Shown here one piece after another: positions 30,601 through 39,000 of a stretch of 64,000 bases of DNA. The position numbers were made by a program, and so were the translations under genes. This DNA comes from a virus, in IMG/VR virus record IMGVR_UViG_3300044701_001468. One strand, written 5' to 3'. Within the stretch, counting starts at the first letter, position 1. Every line of letters starts with the position of its first letter. The notes beneath the pieces are model-generated. The model did no database searches. It worked only from the letters and a program-made list of their open reading frames with translations, and was not told the origin of the DNA.

Positions 30601-31303
30601 CTATACCATCAGAATGAGTTGGTGGTGCGCTTCCACTTAGACCAGTATTTAATGCCTGATAAATGTTATTGCCAAAATATAAAGTAGAATTAATACTTAC
30701 TGAGGTTGATGGAACCCATAGAGTGCCAGTATTATTTGCGTAAGTTTTTAAAGAAGGAGCACGAAACTTAGCATCTGGTGTTACAAAATTGTCAATATCA
30801 AGGTTTAGAATTCTAGCAGTATCGGAAATAATAGAAGTCGAAGTACGAATAGCACCATTAACATCTAATTCATAATCTACAGTATCTAGATATGCTGTGG
30901 CAGCAGCGCCATTGCCATTACCACCAGTAATAGTTACACTCGGAGCACTAGTGTAACCTGAACCAACATTATCTACTACTATTGCTACTACCGCTCCCGA
31001 AGAAATAATTGCAGAAGCTAAAGCTTGCGTTCCACCAGATTGTTGTGGTGGTGATAAAATTACTGATGGAGCGAGAGTATACCCAGATCCATTAAATCCT
31101 TCATTAATTAAAATCTTTTCTATTCTTCCGCCAGTTCTGTTGATACCTACGCGAGGTAATTTGGTAGCAGAATCTATTTGTACTCGGAGAACTTCTTTTT
31201 CATCCGATCCCGATCCTGATCTTATAGTTAGATCATTACTACCAATGAGTTGTGGATCTGATCCCTTAAGTATCTGTTTATCGGCGTTGAATTCTAAACT
31301 CAT
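21656..31303 (-). CDS. Giant tail fibre / receptor-binding virion protein (3215 aa)
   Basis: GSGY-AP repeats, YVS..GND.N.G...AP.RTI beta-helix-type start, GLDADLLDG and GLDADKLD fibre motifs, C-terminal beta-propeller-like tip. Confidence 0.8.
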   Translation of the reverse strand: MSLEFNADKQILKGSDPQLIGSNDLTIRSGSGSDEKEVLRVQIDSATKLPRVGINRTGGRIEKILINEGFNGSGYTLAPSVILSPPQQSGGTQALASAIISSGAVVAIVVDNVGSGYTSAPSVTITGGNGNGAAATAYLDTVDYELDVNGAIRTSTSIISDTARILNLDIDNFVTPDAKFRAPSLKTYANNTGTLWVPSTSVSINSTLYFGNNIYQALNTGLSGSAPPTHSDGIVSNGTVSLKHIGYRVSSPLLKGYNEDMSYPRSITPPFGDDSDKIATTEYVLNLATNDVGGRVYVSAEIGNDSNNGRSAAAPVRTIKRACQIASQTKGVKETVIVSGGEYVEDNPISIPADCSVVGDSLRIVIVRPNNPNKHMFKFADKNYISGLTFRDKIDSNGDPIATWKYACVFDDKQRIYYDPASGGDFKRSFPIGHQIFGPAKIRVTFQTNTGGTAIAENEYVTGVNTGAVGLVTARTFTSGTISGTLDIRVISGSFQTGETFTYPGDGARSWQANTTYTLNTIIYNGNNVYSVTAAGTSDSTSPTHTTGSASNGTATLTWIRNVYNLIAVQVESIRAEGEVVDHITDVTTTLPITRVDGSLQADPATGGIVLYTNPLVGRVNFHNFKENQEIEISGLPTSNPDLSSLNGKQRVYKIIRDADGRSRRIVLYKQLAAFTDVNYVPTNASVKSANNYITLSLLNSPNKFPLPNFVLRRYQDACNLIRNNIDFIKDEAYLQIQDEFSPNFSISSIQTTSGTGADAGYVIFRVTTSGNHGFYVDDTISIFKNGLNNNINGTFTITNRVSATAFEVKWLGLIGTLGLTSGTIYTTASTPALSASAYVQRSFSVPNEAKCRRDIGHVVNAILMDLEYGGNYNVIEAAKTYVNGTQIGYVSNEIAETVRSVEIVRQLCILAMRRWRTGNGQIADPLYTPVYSSVARYFDVSVVQDTSSPACNDVASAITTLAYVYTDTLANNATGTQLDAAYLISRNADFIASEALGYAKALYPGLGLTTDQERKCKRDIRYVLAGLRRDLVLGGNAGIVTSAESYYTGTALTGIPSGELAATRYAFTKVKELAQLAMRNWKTGANGTGATYTPTYETTIPLFTDATILVDPATSKCAGIFSAIDTEMTLFDGILAGTIAAGTTTKTYGTLYSPTITYPDGALYDANNKYITPRAIWDDLPAIEASPYIQNASVISFLGGGGCEIDGDKVTQPNSPFAGLELNGAASYPNQGKSMVAAQFTIVSFGGTGYRVVNDGYCQLVSVFVLFCADGVYADSGGYASVTNAATNFGIYALRARGYRKDPYAFDIGTITNISTSVTGKTEITVSGLGRRPFEHYVVKIDGYTNTNTNIEYFIESVRNVTVGPPFSATIILNEGADFTKTSTGVPVGNSNTEFVGKTIKLHRPSIVNSSGHTWEFAGSGTNYNALPENGGIKIEAYEQVSENYGRVYTSGTDELGDFKVGYFARIENRTGAITFTGTVTISEVEFLKLKGGDVVVTGFDASNTLGGAFSTDSKLPTQKAVKDYISNNLGPYINKPYSTNAVPRALVELTDSGKISIDQIPALRPFNVYTVANQAARLALEGALAGDIAIQADTSVSYILNNDLTSLYLGFPVDTALVFNTGNIFTGSGSGGQIQATEYRQGVVWKINITNPGSGYTVPPTIVISGGNPQGGAVSATATCTIANGQVVSVTITENNGYIGGKGYTTQPSVVFTGPGGAGVTATGSALIENRLYGDIVNQIKIVDTDTVTSNNTPTGTIVDISRVINTSSKLNGNWVSLSSNQISADAITSGVIATTRLAQNSSEANSYTFLRGDQSYAPVLQSLKGTETRYFAKLNNAVSSGSSTFVFTTNANILKGHGIVNDVTGIPIGTLVNSVVTAAGFTTVQLNNPVTANISAGTIIQFTRPASPLIIDAAYTLGNFVDSVVIANGGSGFTNGSYFDVSLSGGTGTGLKANIIVSGNAVTTVTVTNGGVNYNADFSVTSAPSGIGSGSGLVLLAKLATTNKNYANAAVDIKRVDDLTISADPYGSVGVARFQKSQFTLGAAGNGSVTLKTGADSGLDADLLDGAQGAYYLNASNLNQGTLSVDRLAGTYNISISGQSGNTLRLITSTNNPTSSPSPNAFAEGIIADTRNNASDSLDDGGTKHLVLTLRNGSSGFDATFGGVRQLAFTDNNNMWLRGSGTGVTTFGSWAKVWTDLNDGPGTGLDADKLDNRQGSFYQNAYNINTGILSDNHIPSYISQKNFNTAVNILSTTNNPYYDIYVSGYVLTTSPFLAGQNVNLYDVNSQGTGTILITNIITYNDADDVLDYTIIRGVLTTGTFTGALTIGTASNRVAFQDYTINSSGTFTAASLVSDTGTGRLKLGRKDGTASSPAIYFNSSSSAATNYNVALIASGGNATDGSGNLNIVAATSSSVTINNNAIWNAGNIVFASNNVLSAAVQRDASGNFAAGTITASLTGAASLNVLKTGDTMTGSLTISGASSNLSVGGTSTLSGNVTIAAGASLTVDTNTLYVDPTNDRVGVGLTNPGTKLEVAGAIRGGSFTIGTTNTGEAWRGRGSDRTLGTYTIQLGGSSAAGTSFEIVDRAWTKVMYQFSGEAAANTLVATSDSRIGIGRSPTAGYKLDVNGTALFSDAVTIATTTDQMLYLNATDNSWAYMGFAWSGTRRYYFGLDSGGNGQLTSDSTSYSLNINGWSAVNMNQNLQISGADSDGLRLSGTAPTITFQDSDNRSAFIHVNSNLFYILGGANNAVEPNWAQVANSRWPLTIDLTNNNATFGGNVDASSGIITSAGGMQLRTWPADTTYGALRHSTNTNNGDYLVLSRNEDTFISARSGYGVYVRAGGNGTTGIRVDSNGYVGIRTESTNSAYACQIGGALNIQGEIYKNGVLFNPLPAQSASTIGATLKSNGTNAYWEVDLATQYQSAFTITRGYTLAGYQNATSWKNVNSLTHATLTQSNLGDLLTFSDAYCAGAQSLGMVAYVFTTADSWDGTSATVSKVNMNTNANAGTTSVTSARNRATLMRRDFRFAYVYGAGDGRPDRFNLTNDTCALAPNGNPEGAVNNPAGGYGAIYGWTKKSNGYYYPWATETYVGWNSPPGTDGSNKTISARNNRGYWNTGGGYSTGANWSKRTMDTGVEVATISKPGATGEESLHTGNNNGFMCGMYNGAQNNQGGIMNYTADTFTFNSSVNRVGPGGAASAAGTEFGSVISGYTGV

Positions 31304-31342
31304 TTTGGTGCAATGCTCCGACTTTTTTAGATTTCCTTTTAT

Positions 31343-31349
31343 TATTTAG
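31343..31349 (-). promoter_or_regulatory. Late promoter variant CTAAATA for the fibre gene
   Basis: Motif 39 nt upstream of the fibre start. Confidence 0.5.
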
Positions 31350-31352
31350 TTA

Positions 31353-31862
31353 TTATGTCCACAAAACACTGACTACTTCAACATGAGCAACCCATTTAAT
31401 TGCAGTTGTTGTGCCACCTCTGACAGCGGAATAACTGAAATTATTTACTGCTCCAATATCATATGAACTAATAGTCCATGTTTGACCAGTTGGAACGCTA
31501 TCTTTAATGGTAGTTATTAATTCAGATAAAACCTGAACATCACCAGCAGCACTACATGTAACATTAGATTCTATTTTTAATGAATAATGTCCTGTGCCTG
31601 GAGCATCAACAGCTACAATATGAGCGGTAATAAAATTTATTGAACTACTTGGAAGTGTAATATAAGTTGATCCACTATTTAAAGATAAAATAGAACTATT
31701 AGTTCCTTTTAATATATAATCTTTTTTATTTACATCATTAAAATTAGAATTTTTAATTTCTAATGAATTTACATTCAAAACATCTTTGGTGCTATTAATT
31801 ATTGTGGTTTCATCAACCGCAAATCCGCCAACAGAATTAAAAGTTTGTTTAGTTACTGCCAT
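31353..31862 (-). CDS. Hypothetical structural protein (169 aa)
   Basis: Beta-rich ORF inside the baseplate/fibre operon. Confidence 0.7.
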   Translation of the reverse strand: MAVTKQTFNSVGGFAVDETTIINSTKDVLNVNSLEIKNSNFNDVNKKDYILKGTNSSILSLNSGSTYITLPSSSINFITAHIVAVDAPGTGHYSLKIESNVTCSAAGDVQVLSELITTIKDSVPTGQTWTISSYDIGAVNNFSYSAVRGGTTTAIKWVAHVEVVSVLWT

Positions 31863-31868
31863 GACTTT

Positions 31869-34800
31869 TTATTTTTTAAAACTAGTTTTTATTACGGTTA
31901 TTTCAACAACTTCGCCATTGGGTAATAAACTATTCAAACTCGTGGTCATCCTAACGTTTCCAGAACCATCGAAATCGAATGTATTATTTATTTGATCTTG
32001 TCCTGTAATAATATTGCCATATTCTGTGTGGAAAATATCACTATTTTTAGATGTGATGTTATATTCTATAATTTCTCTGTTGTCGGTAGTTGTGTTGTTA
32101 GCAATTACAATAATTTTTATTCCAGATTCGATAGTGGGATTGTATAGTGTAGTTAATCCAGAATTTGTTGCGCCTCTAGTTAAAACAAGCTCAGATGTTG
32201 AAATTTTAACATCATCTAATTCAAAGGTTTTTAATTCATTATCTAAAACTTTGATGTAACTACTACTATTTGTTGAATATAATTTATTTACTAAAATATC
32301 ACCAGTATTTGTAAATCTGATCAAAGTATCATTTGTTAATCCAGATGATAGAGAAATATCTAAATTTGTTCTGGTTGTTAAAAATTTGGTAGTTGTAGTT
32401 CCTGTGGTATCTAAAGTTGCCGCTAAATTATTAAAAGTTACCGTACTTACATCTAAATCTAAATTATTATTTGTTGATGTTATGGTATCAATTGTTTTGA
32501 AATTTAATGCAGTCGTAGTTAATTCTAACGTGTTTGATCCGTTATTATAAAAATATAAAATATTTTCATTAGCACCTGGCGCAGATTCTGGAATAATGTA
32601 GGTATTACCATCTACGTCTCTAACTCCCCCCAAACTAGTCCAATTAGTCCCGTTATATCCTTCAAATTGAGTAAATGAAGTGCTATATCTTATTGAACCA
32701 GTAGATGGGCTTCCTCTTTCTAGAGTAGTGCCAGATGGAAGAACTAAAGATGTGGTTGAATTTATCGATACTTTTTTGCCAGCAAATGGTGAAATATTGA
32801 TATCATCATCCACTGAAGAAATAGTATTTGATGCAATCTTTAATTTATCGCTATAATAAGTATCAACATTAAAATTTATTCTGGTTGAATTGGCAAAAGT
32901 TATTGGACCATAAATTTTTCTAATCCATAATAATGTTACTCCGCCATTTGTAGCCGTTCCAGAAGTGTGTGATGGACTGCTATTGCCAGAAGTTCCTGCA
33001 ACCGTAACTTCGTATACATTTTCTCCATAATAAACAAGATCATTCAGAGCGTATGGGGTAGTGATTTGCCATAAAAGAACACCACTTAAATTAGAAGAAG
33101 TGATAGTATTTACATTTTGGAAATTAAATTCTAATGGAGATAATTGTAGAGAATTATTTCCTCCATTATAAAAATAAAATGTATCATCATTTGCTCCAGG
33201 AGTTTTTTCTGGAATAATATAAGTATTTCCATCAATATCTCTAACTCCTCCTAAAGAAGCCCACGCTAAACTGGAAGCATTATATCCTTCATATTGTCCG
33301 ACAGAAGTATTGAATCTGATTGAACCAGAAACAGCATCTAAAGGTCTTTGTAGAGTGGTTCCAGCAGGAACTTTAAATGAAGATGTAGCATTAACAAATA
33401 CAGATTTGTTAGAATCTGGTTGGATAGTTATTCCAACACCATTTCCAGTTAATGGTACATCTACAATTTCTTCAATTAATGTGTTGCTTAATTTTAATTT
33501 TTGATTGATAGAAATATAATTATTAGATGTAGCTGGTAAATTAATATTTCCTTTTATATCTAAATTTGCATTATTCAAATCTAACGTGAAAATATCATCT
33601 GTTCCATTATTGACATTCAATACCTTACCAGATCCACCAGTAATATTTAAATTGGTAATTGGATTAAACGTTATTCCTCCCGATACCGATGCTATGGTAT
33701 TTGAAGAAATTGAGATATTTCCTATTGTAGCATTACTAGAAACACCTAATGATTGTAACTGCGAAGAATTTGCTGACAGAGTACTTAAAGATGCTGATCC
33801 GTCTAGAGATAGTGAAATTTTATCTTCGGGCGAAACTGCAGTAATGGAAATGTTGGATAATGTTAATGTGGGTGGAGTACCTGATACAACATTAATAACA
33901 TTTCCTTCGTTGGCGTGAGATGCCCCCTGAACAGCACAATAATAGTATAATGTTGATAGTGTATCTTGAGTAACACTAATTGTTATCGTTTTATTTAATG
34001 TATCGGTTGTTACTCCTGGTGTGTATACCACACCAGTTCCAATTCCCCTTCCGCCATCAGAAACGGTATTAAACTGGAATAAATGGGATACATTACTTCC
34101 ATCACTATAATCAAAAATATACGTGTATCCAATATATAAAGTCAACACTGGTGCTTCTACATAACCCAGTCCATCATTTAAATCCAACCAATACTTATAA
34201 GATCCAGGTAATCCTAAACATTTTACCTTATATCTAAATGGTATTTTTGGAATTAAAACATCACCTAATTGATATCCAACACCACTAGATCTAACGTCTA
34301 CTGACGAAACATTACCTACATTAGATAATGTATATGCAAATCCAGAACCACTTCCAGATGATGCTGTGTTTATTGTGTAAACAAAACCAGATCCAGTTCC
34401 ACCAACATTAGATCTAGCAATACTTAAAGTGTCAGTTGCTTTATAATTAAATCCAACATTAGTTATTGTAAATGATGATACAACATTACTTGTTATTACT
34501 ACGCTTGCTTTTGCTCCATAACCATATCTTCCGCTTGTTCCAGTAGTAATTGTTATATTTGCTCCCATTCCAGGATGAGCTTCACAATCATATCTTAATG
34601 TTGTTCCTGTTGTTGCAGTTGGTAAAATAACAAGATCTACAAATGATCCAGCGGTTCCAGGAGTTCCATTAGTGAAATAAAATACTCCAGCAGGAAGAAG
34701 ACCACCAGTATTACTTCTAATTATAAATGGGTGGGTGTCATTTGAAACACTGGAGGTGTCAAATCTATATGTATTGCCTCTAATTAATGATAATGTTTGT

Positions 34801-35870
34801 TGAGTTACTCCATTAATTTGATATACGCTGTTGGGTGGTGGAGTGCCAGGATTTGCTACAGATGTGACTGTATATGTTGTTGTTGGTACATTATAAACAG
34901 GAACATTATTATAAGTGCCATCTGTGTATAAGGTTCCTGGATTCGTAATAGTTCCTACTGGAGTACTAGCTCCAATTATTGTATTACTTGCATTTAAAAT
35001 ATCGTTTATTAAATATCCATTATTTCCGTTCGATTTTGGTGTTACTGATGAAACTGCATATGGAATTTGATTAATAGTAAACTGAAATCCAGATCCACCG
35101 CTAGTTCCCCCTCCTTGCGATTGAGGAAGAACTAAATCTGCATTAGAAACTGACAGAACATTTCCATTAACATATCCTGTACCACTATTAGTTATGGTAA
35201 CACTAGTTACTCCTTGTCCAACTTGTGATACAACTATAGTTGCTCTGGCTCCATTTCCAGACCCACCACTTAAAGGAACATCAGTATATACAGAAGCCGT
35301 ATAACCAGATCCAGGATTGGTTATAGATCCAACTATTCCGCGAACTACTATATCGGCAGTAGCGCCAGTTCCGCTACCATTACTTAATGGAACATCTGTG
35401 TATGTTCCAGGAACATAACCAGATCCAGCATTGGTTATAGTGCCAGCAAATGGCGATACCTCTAAATCTAGTAGTGCGTTATTTCCAGATCCACCACTAA
35501 CTGCTATGTTTTCGTAAATATTGGCGTAATAATTTCTTCCAGGTATATCAATTGATAATGTATCTATTACTTGACTCTGTACCTTTATATTTTTATAAAA
35601 ATAGGACGAATCAATATCAAATCTTGTTATTTCTTGTCCATAAGATGCTACTGATAATACATTTCCAGTTTTATATAATCCAGTATTTGTTTGGTTAGTG
35701 AAAAATAAAGAAGGAGCACTTCTACTCCCATTGTTTAAAGAAAATGTTCCCGATAAACTACCACCAGCACCCCCGCCAAGATCAAATACATCTTGAGCTA
35801 GTAAATTTATTTTTTGCCTCTGTATTTCAAGAGTATCGGTTAATGCTACATTTCTAAGTACTGCTGGCAT
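31869..35870 (-). CDS. Virion structural protein (1333 aa) with cupredoxin-like and duplicated fibre modules
   Basis: Two G.IR(F/Y)...EGYN...W.SLGGVRD.DGNTYIIPE repeats; HPF...CEAHPGM motif; G-S-G-Y repeats. Confidence 0.75.
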   Translation of the reverse strand: MPAVLRNVALTDTLEIQRQKINLLAQDVFDLGGGAGGSLSGTFSLNNGSRSAPSLFFTNQTNTGLYKTGNVLSVASYGQEITRFDIDSSYFYKNIKVQSQVIDTLSIDIPGRNYYANIYENIAVSGGSGNNALLDLEVSPFAGTITNAGSGYVPGTYTDVPLSNGSGTGATADIVVRGIVGSITNPGSGYTASVYTDVPLSGGSGNGARATIVVSQVGQGVTSVTITNSGTGYVNGNVLSVSNADLVLPQSQGGGTSGGSGFQFTINQIPYAVSSVTPKSNGNNGYLINDILNASNTIIGASTPVGTITNPGTLYTDGTYNNVPVYNVPTTTYTVTSVANPGTPPPNSVYQINGVTQQTLSLIRGNTYRFDTSSVSNDTHPFIIRSNTGGLLPAGVFYFTNGTPGTAGSFVDLVILPTATTGTTLRYDCEAHPGMGANITITTGTSGRYGYGAKASVVITSNVVSSFTITNVGFNYKATDTLSIARSNVGGTGSGFVYTINTASSGSGSGFAYTLSNVGNVSSVDVRSSGVGYQLGDVLIPKIPFRYKVKCLGLPGSYKYWLDLNDGLGYVEAPVLTLYIGYTYIFDYSDGSNVSHLFQFNTVSDGGRGIGTGVVYTPGVTTDTLNKTITISVTQDTLSTLYYYCAVQGASHANEGNVINVVSGTPPTLTLSNISITAVSPEDKISLSLDGSASLSTLSANSSQLQSLGVSSNATIGNISISSNTIASVSGGITFNPITNLNITGGSGKVLNVNNGTDDIFTLDLNNANLDIKGNINLPATSNNYISINQKLKLSNTLIEEIVDVPLTGNGVGITIQPDSNKSVFVNATSSFKVPAGTTLQRPLDAVSGSIRFNTSVGQYEGYNASSLAWASLGGVRDIDGNTYIIPEKTPGANDDTFYFYNGGNNSLQLSPLEFNFQNVNTITSSNLSGVLLWQITTPYALNDLVYYGENVYEVTVAGTSGNSSPSHTSGTATNGGVTLLWIRKIYGPITFANSTRINFNVDTYYSDKLKIASNTISSVDDDINISPFAGKKVSINSTTSLVLPSGTTLERGSPSTGSIRYSTSFTQFEGYNGTNWTSLGGVRDVDGNTYIIPESAPGANENILYFYNNGSNTLELTTTALNFKTIDTITSTNNNLDLDVSTVTFNNLAATLDTTGTTTTKFLTTRTNLDISLSSGLTNDTLIRFTNTGDILVNKLYSTNSSSYIKVLDNELKTFELDDVKISTSELVLTRGATNSGLTTLYNPTIESGIKIIVIANNTTTDNREIIEYNITSKNSDIFHTEYGNIITGQDQINNTFDFDGSGNVRMTTSLNSLLPNGEVVEITVIKTSFKK

Positions 35871-36075
35871 TTTTTATAAATTCTCTTAAAAGATTTTTAA
35901 TATCTGACAATTCATTTTTTAGATCTTCAACATCATTTTGTAGAGTTTTCAAAGAAGCTCTACTATTTTTCAATTTTTTTGCGTCTTCGAACGCACTATT
36001 ATCAGTATTTATAATAGCTCCAGTAAAACTATCTCTAATTAAATAATCATGATCTATTACTTTTAAATATTCCAT
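35854..36075 (-). CDS. Small coiled-coil hypothetical protein
   Basis: RD..TGAIINTD motif plus coiled coil; coupled to the VrlC-like gene. Confidence 0.7.
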   Translation of the reverse strand: MEYLKVIDHDYLIRDSFTGAIINTDNSAFEDAKKLKNSRASLKTLQNDVEDLKNELSDIKNLLREFIKNASST

Positions 36076-39000
36076 TAGAAAGTAGCAACCACTCTTACAT
36101 CTTGAATCTTAGGAACAAATACTGGTTGTGAACTTCTCATAACAATTTTTATAGCAAATGACGAAAATTCATTTAAATTGGAAATACTATATTTGTATTC
36201 TTTATATGAATTTTTGTTTTCAATGTATCCAGCGATTGAGTTATCACTTGAAGGAACAACTCTTATGTCTGGTGATCCATCGCCATTAAAATATTCCCAC
36301 CCAAGATCATCAAAATTGAATTGTGAACTTGCTGGTTTAACTTTATACAGCACCTGAATATCATTTTCTTCAAACAGATTTGCAGTTAATTTGACATCTA
36401 ATCCAGTAGAAGAATTTGCTAAAGAAATTTCTTTTGTTACATATTTTGCAATAGTTGAACTATTTTTTAAATTTTCTGAAACATAAAGAATTCCATCTGA
36501 ATATGATATAGATTTAATTTCTAAGAAAGATTGAGTATCTGATGATTGGTTATCATATCCTAAGATATCACCTACTCGGAAAATATCAGTTGCCTGTGAT
36601 GTACTGGTATTACTAAATGGTATTCTTGCGTAAGAAGATCCAGTAGTTGCCGCAGCAGTGTAATTATCATTAATTGGGTTTTTATTGTTGGAAATTTTTA
36701 ATTGTTTTTTCTCAGCATCCCATGATATTACTTTACCACTAATAACATTAGTATATGACTTTGTTAAATCTGTTTTATCCAATGCAACAACACCAGAATT
36801 ATATGGGAATGCGAATTTAATCTCAGTCAAACCATCAGATGAAGTGAATATATTACTTAAAGTTGGTTGAGAAGTAAACACTAATCTTTCACTTGGAGCA
36901 AATAGTATATCTGTGGTTAATTTGATATACAATTCATTTGTAGTTGTATCTAATTTTACCAGAATACCTTGTGCTTTTGAAGTATTTCCAGTTACGATCT
37001 TTTGATTTCCTGCATCTCCAACATTAATTGATGAAATATCAGTTCCAGTTACAACCACTTTATAGATTGGATAGAATTGTAGAATTTGATCTCTTCTACC
37101 AAATCTATACTCTTTGCCAGATGGTTTCTCTACTTGATTGTTTACGAGTTTTACCGAAGCGGCTCTAAGGTCAATAACAGGTGATAGGGTAGAAACATCA
37201 GAATTTAAGTATAACTTATAAGTCAATGATCTATTTTCTACAGAAGAAGAATTTTTGAGTTCGTTAATTCTAGAAGCAAGGACTTTTTGATTGTTGAAAT
37301 AATGAATTTCATTTAAGAAAGTTTTTTCAAATCCATCATTTAAGGTTGTTTGTGAATAATTTGAATAATTTGTGACTGAAGAATCTACTGGAATGATATT
37401 AGTAGTTTTTACTTCTGCATTAATTTTCGTGTTGCTGAAATTTAAATATGATACTTGAGCATATAATTTTTCATATTTTCTGTTATATGTGGCAAGAACT
37501 GAAGAACCGCCACCTACTGCATTTGAAGCAGCACGTAATTCTGGGTTTATATTATAAAATTCGTTTCCAGAATTTATAACTTTAAATAAACGGGTAGTCA
37601 ATACATCGGAGGTAATTCCTCCAACATCAACAACTTTTTTAAAGTTTACATATGATTTGCCAGTATCTTCAAATCCGTTATTTCTGTGGTTAACTTTAAT
37701 AATTTTATTATTGTTACGGAATAACAAAGAAGTTGCTGTGGTATCGGAAAGAGAATCAGTTTCAAAAGGATTCTCGTCTAATAACTCATAACCTAGTTGC
37801 TCATTGGTTAATTCGATAATGCCTTGTTTTGATTTATCAAATTCTGCTCTGTATAATTTAAACTTAATATCTTCAAAAAGATCTTCAGTCCATGTATCTA
37901 CGTTTTGTGATTTGTAAACAGATCCTAAAAGTGGTTGTGAAGTAACTGTCGAATTAGTTGATATTTCTAGTTCGCCAAGTTTAGATGCCCACAATAGATA
38001 ATCTGTAGAATCTGTTTCTACTGCGAATGCATATTCTGTATTATTTTGTAAATAAACAGGGTATTCAAAAGTGAAATGGGATGGTGTAGTTGAATTAGTT
38101 ACTGATGTGGTTCCAGGATCTACTGCAACGCCCATCTTAACTGCTGGTGTATCGATTTCCAATAGTGCTTCTATATCAGCATTAGAAGCAGATAATCCTG
38201 TAGATTTGATAATAACTGCAGGTGGTTCTGTATAACCAGATCCACCAACAACTAATTGTGTATCAAAAATGTTTCCACCAGAAACAGAGCATGTTGCAGA
38301 TGCTGTGGTCCCGCCTAAAAGCTGAGGACTGACAATTTGAAGAGTAGCGGTATCGTAACCAGAACCAGTATTGTTAATTTTTAGACCAACAATTCTTCCA
38401 GAATTTTTGGCAATCGTTACTTTTAATGATGTAGCATTTGCTGCATTGTATGTGTTTAGTGAAGGAATTGATAAAACTTCATTTTGTATGAATGTCTTAC
38501 CATTGTGATTGCTCAATACTAATGTATATACTTGATCGTTTGTTAGAGTATATACTCCAGTTACAGAAGGAATTAGTTTAGTATTATTTCTATCATATAT
38601 CGCTTTGATTGGTCCAGCAGCACCAGAAGACGAACCAGTGACACTTTCTCCCTCTGTTAAGTATAGAGTTCCATTAGTGTAAATTTTTAAGTTGGTGTCT
38701 GGATTCAAAACACATTCGCTACCAGGAACAATATATTTTCCTGGTTTTCCGCTTTCTATGTTAGTTATATAAACTTTAACTGGTATAGTTGAACTCTTTT
38801 TATTAAAGAACAAATCAATGCCAGTTAAAAATACGCCACCATCATAACCTTCAATCATAAATGATTGCGATAATGGATTTGGTGTAGTTTGTGCTTTTGC
38901 ACTTTCTACAAATTGAATACCTTCTTGTGATTTTAATATTGCTGGTGTAGTGGAAATAATCGTCGCTGGTTGTGAAGGTAATGTTCCAGTAGCATAATAT

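Noticed and set aside
21656-35870. Diversity-generating retroelement or invertible fibre segment
   Set aside because: No reverse transcriptase or invertase in the window; the internal repeats (e.g. about 32540-32750 versus 33170-33370) are diverged protein-level duplications, not adenine-specific TR/VR pairs
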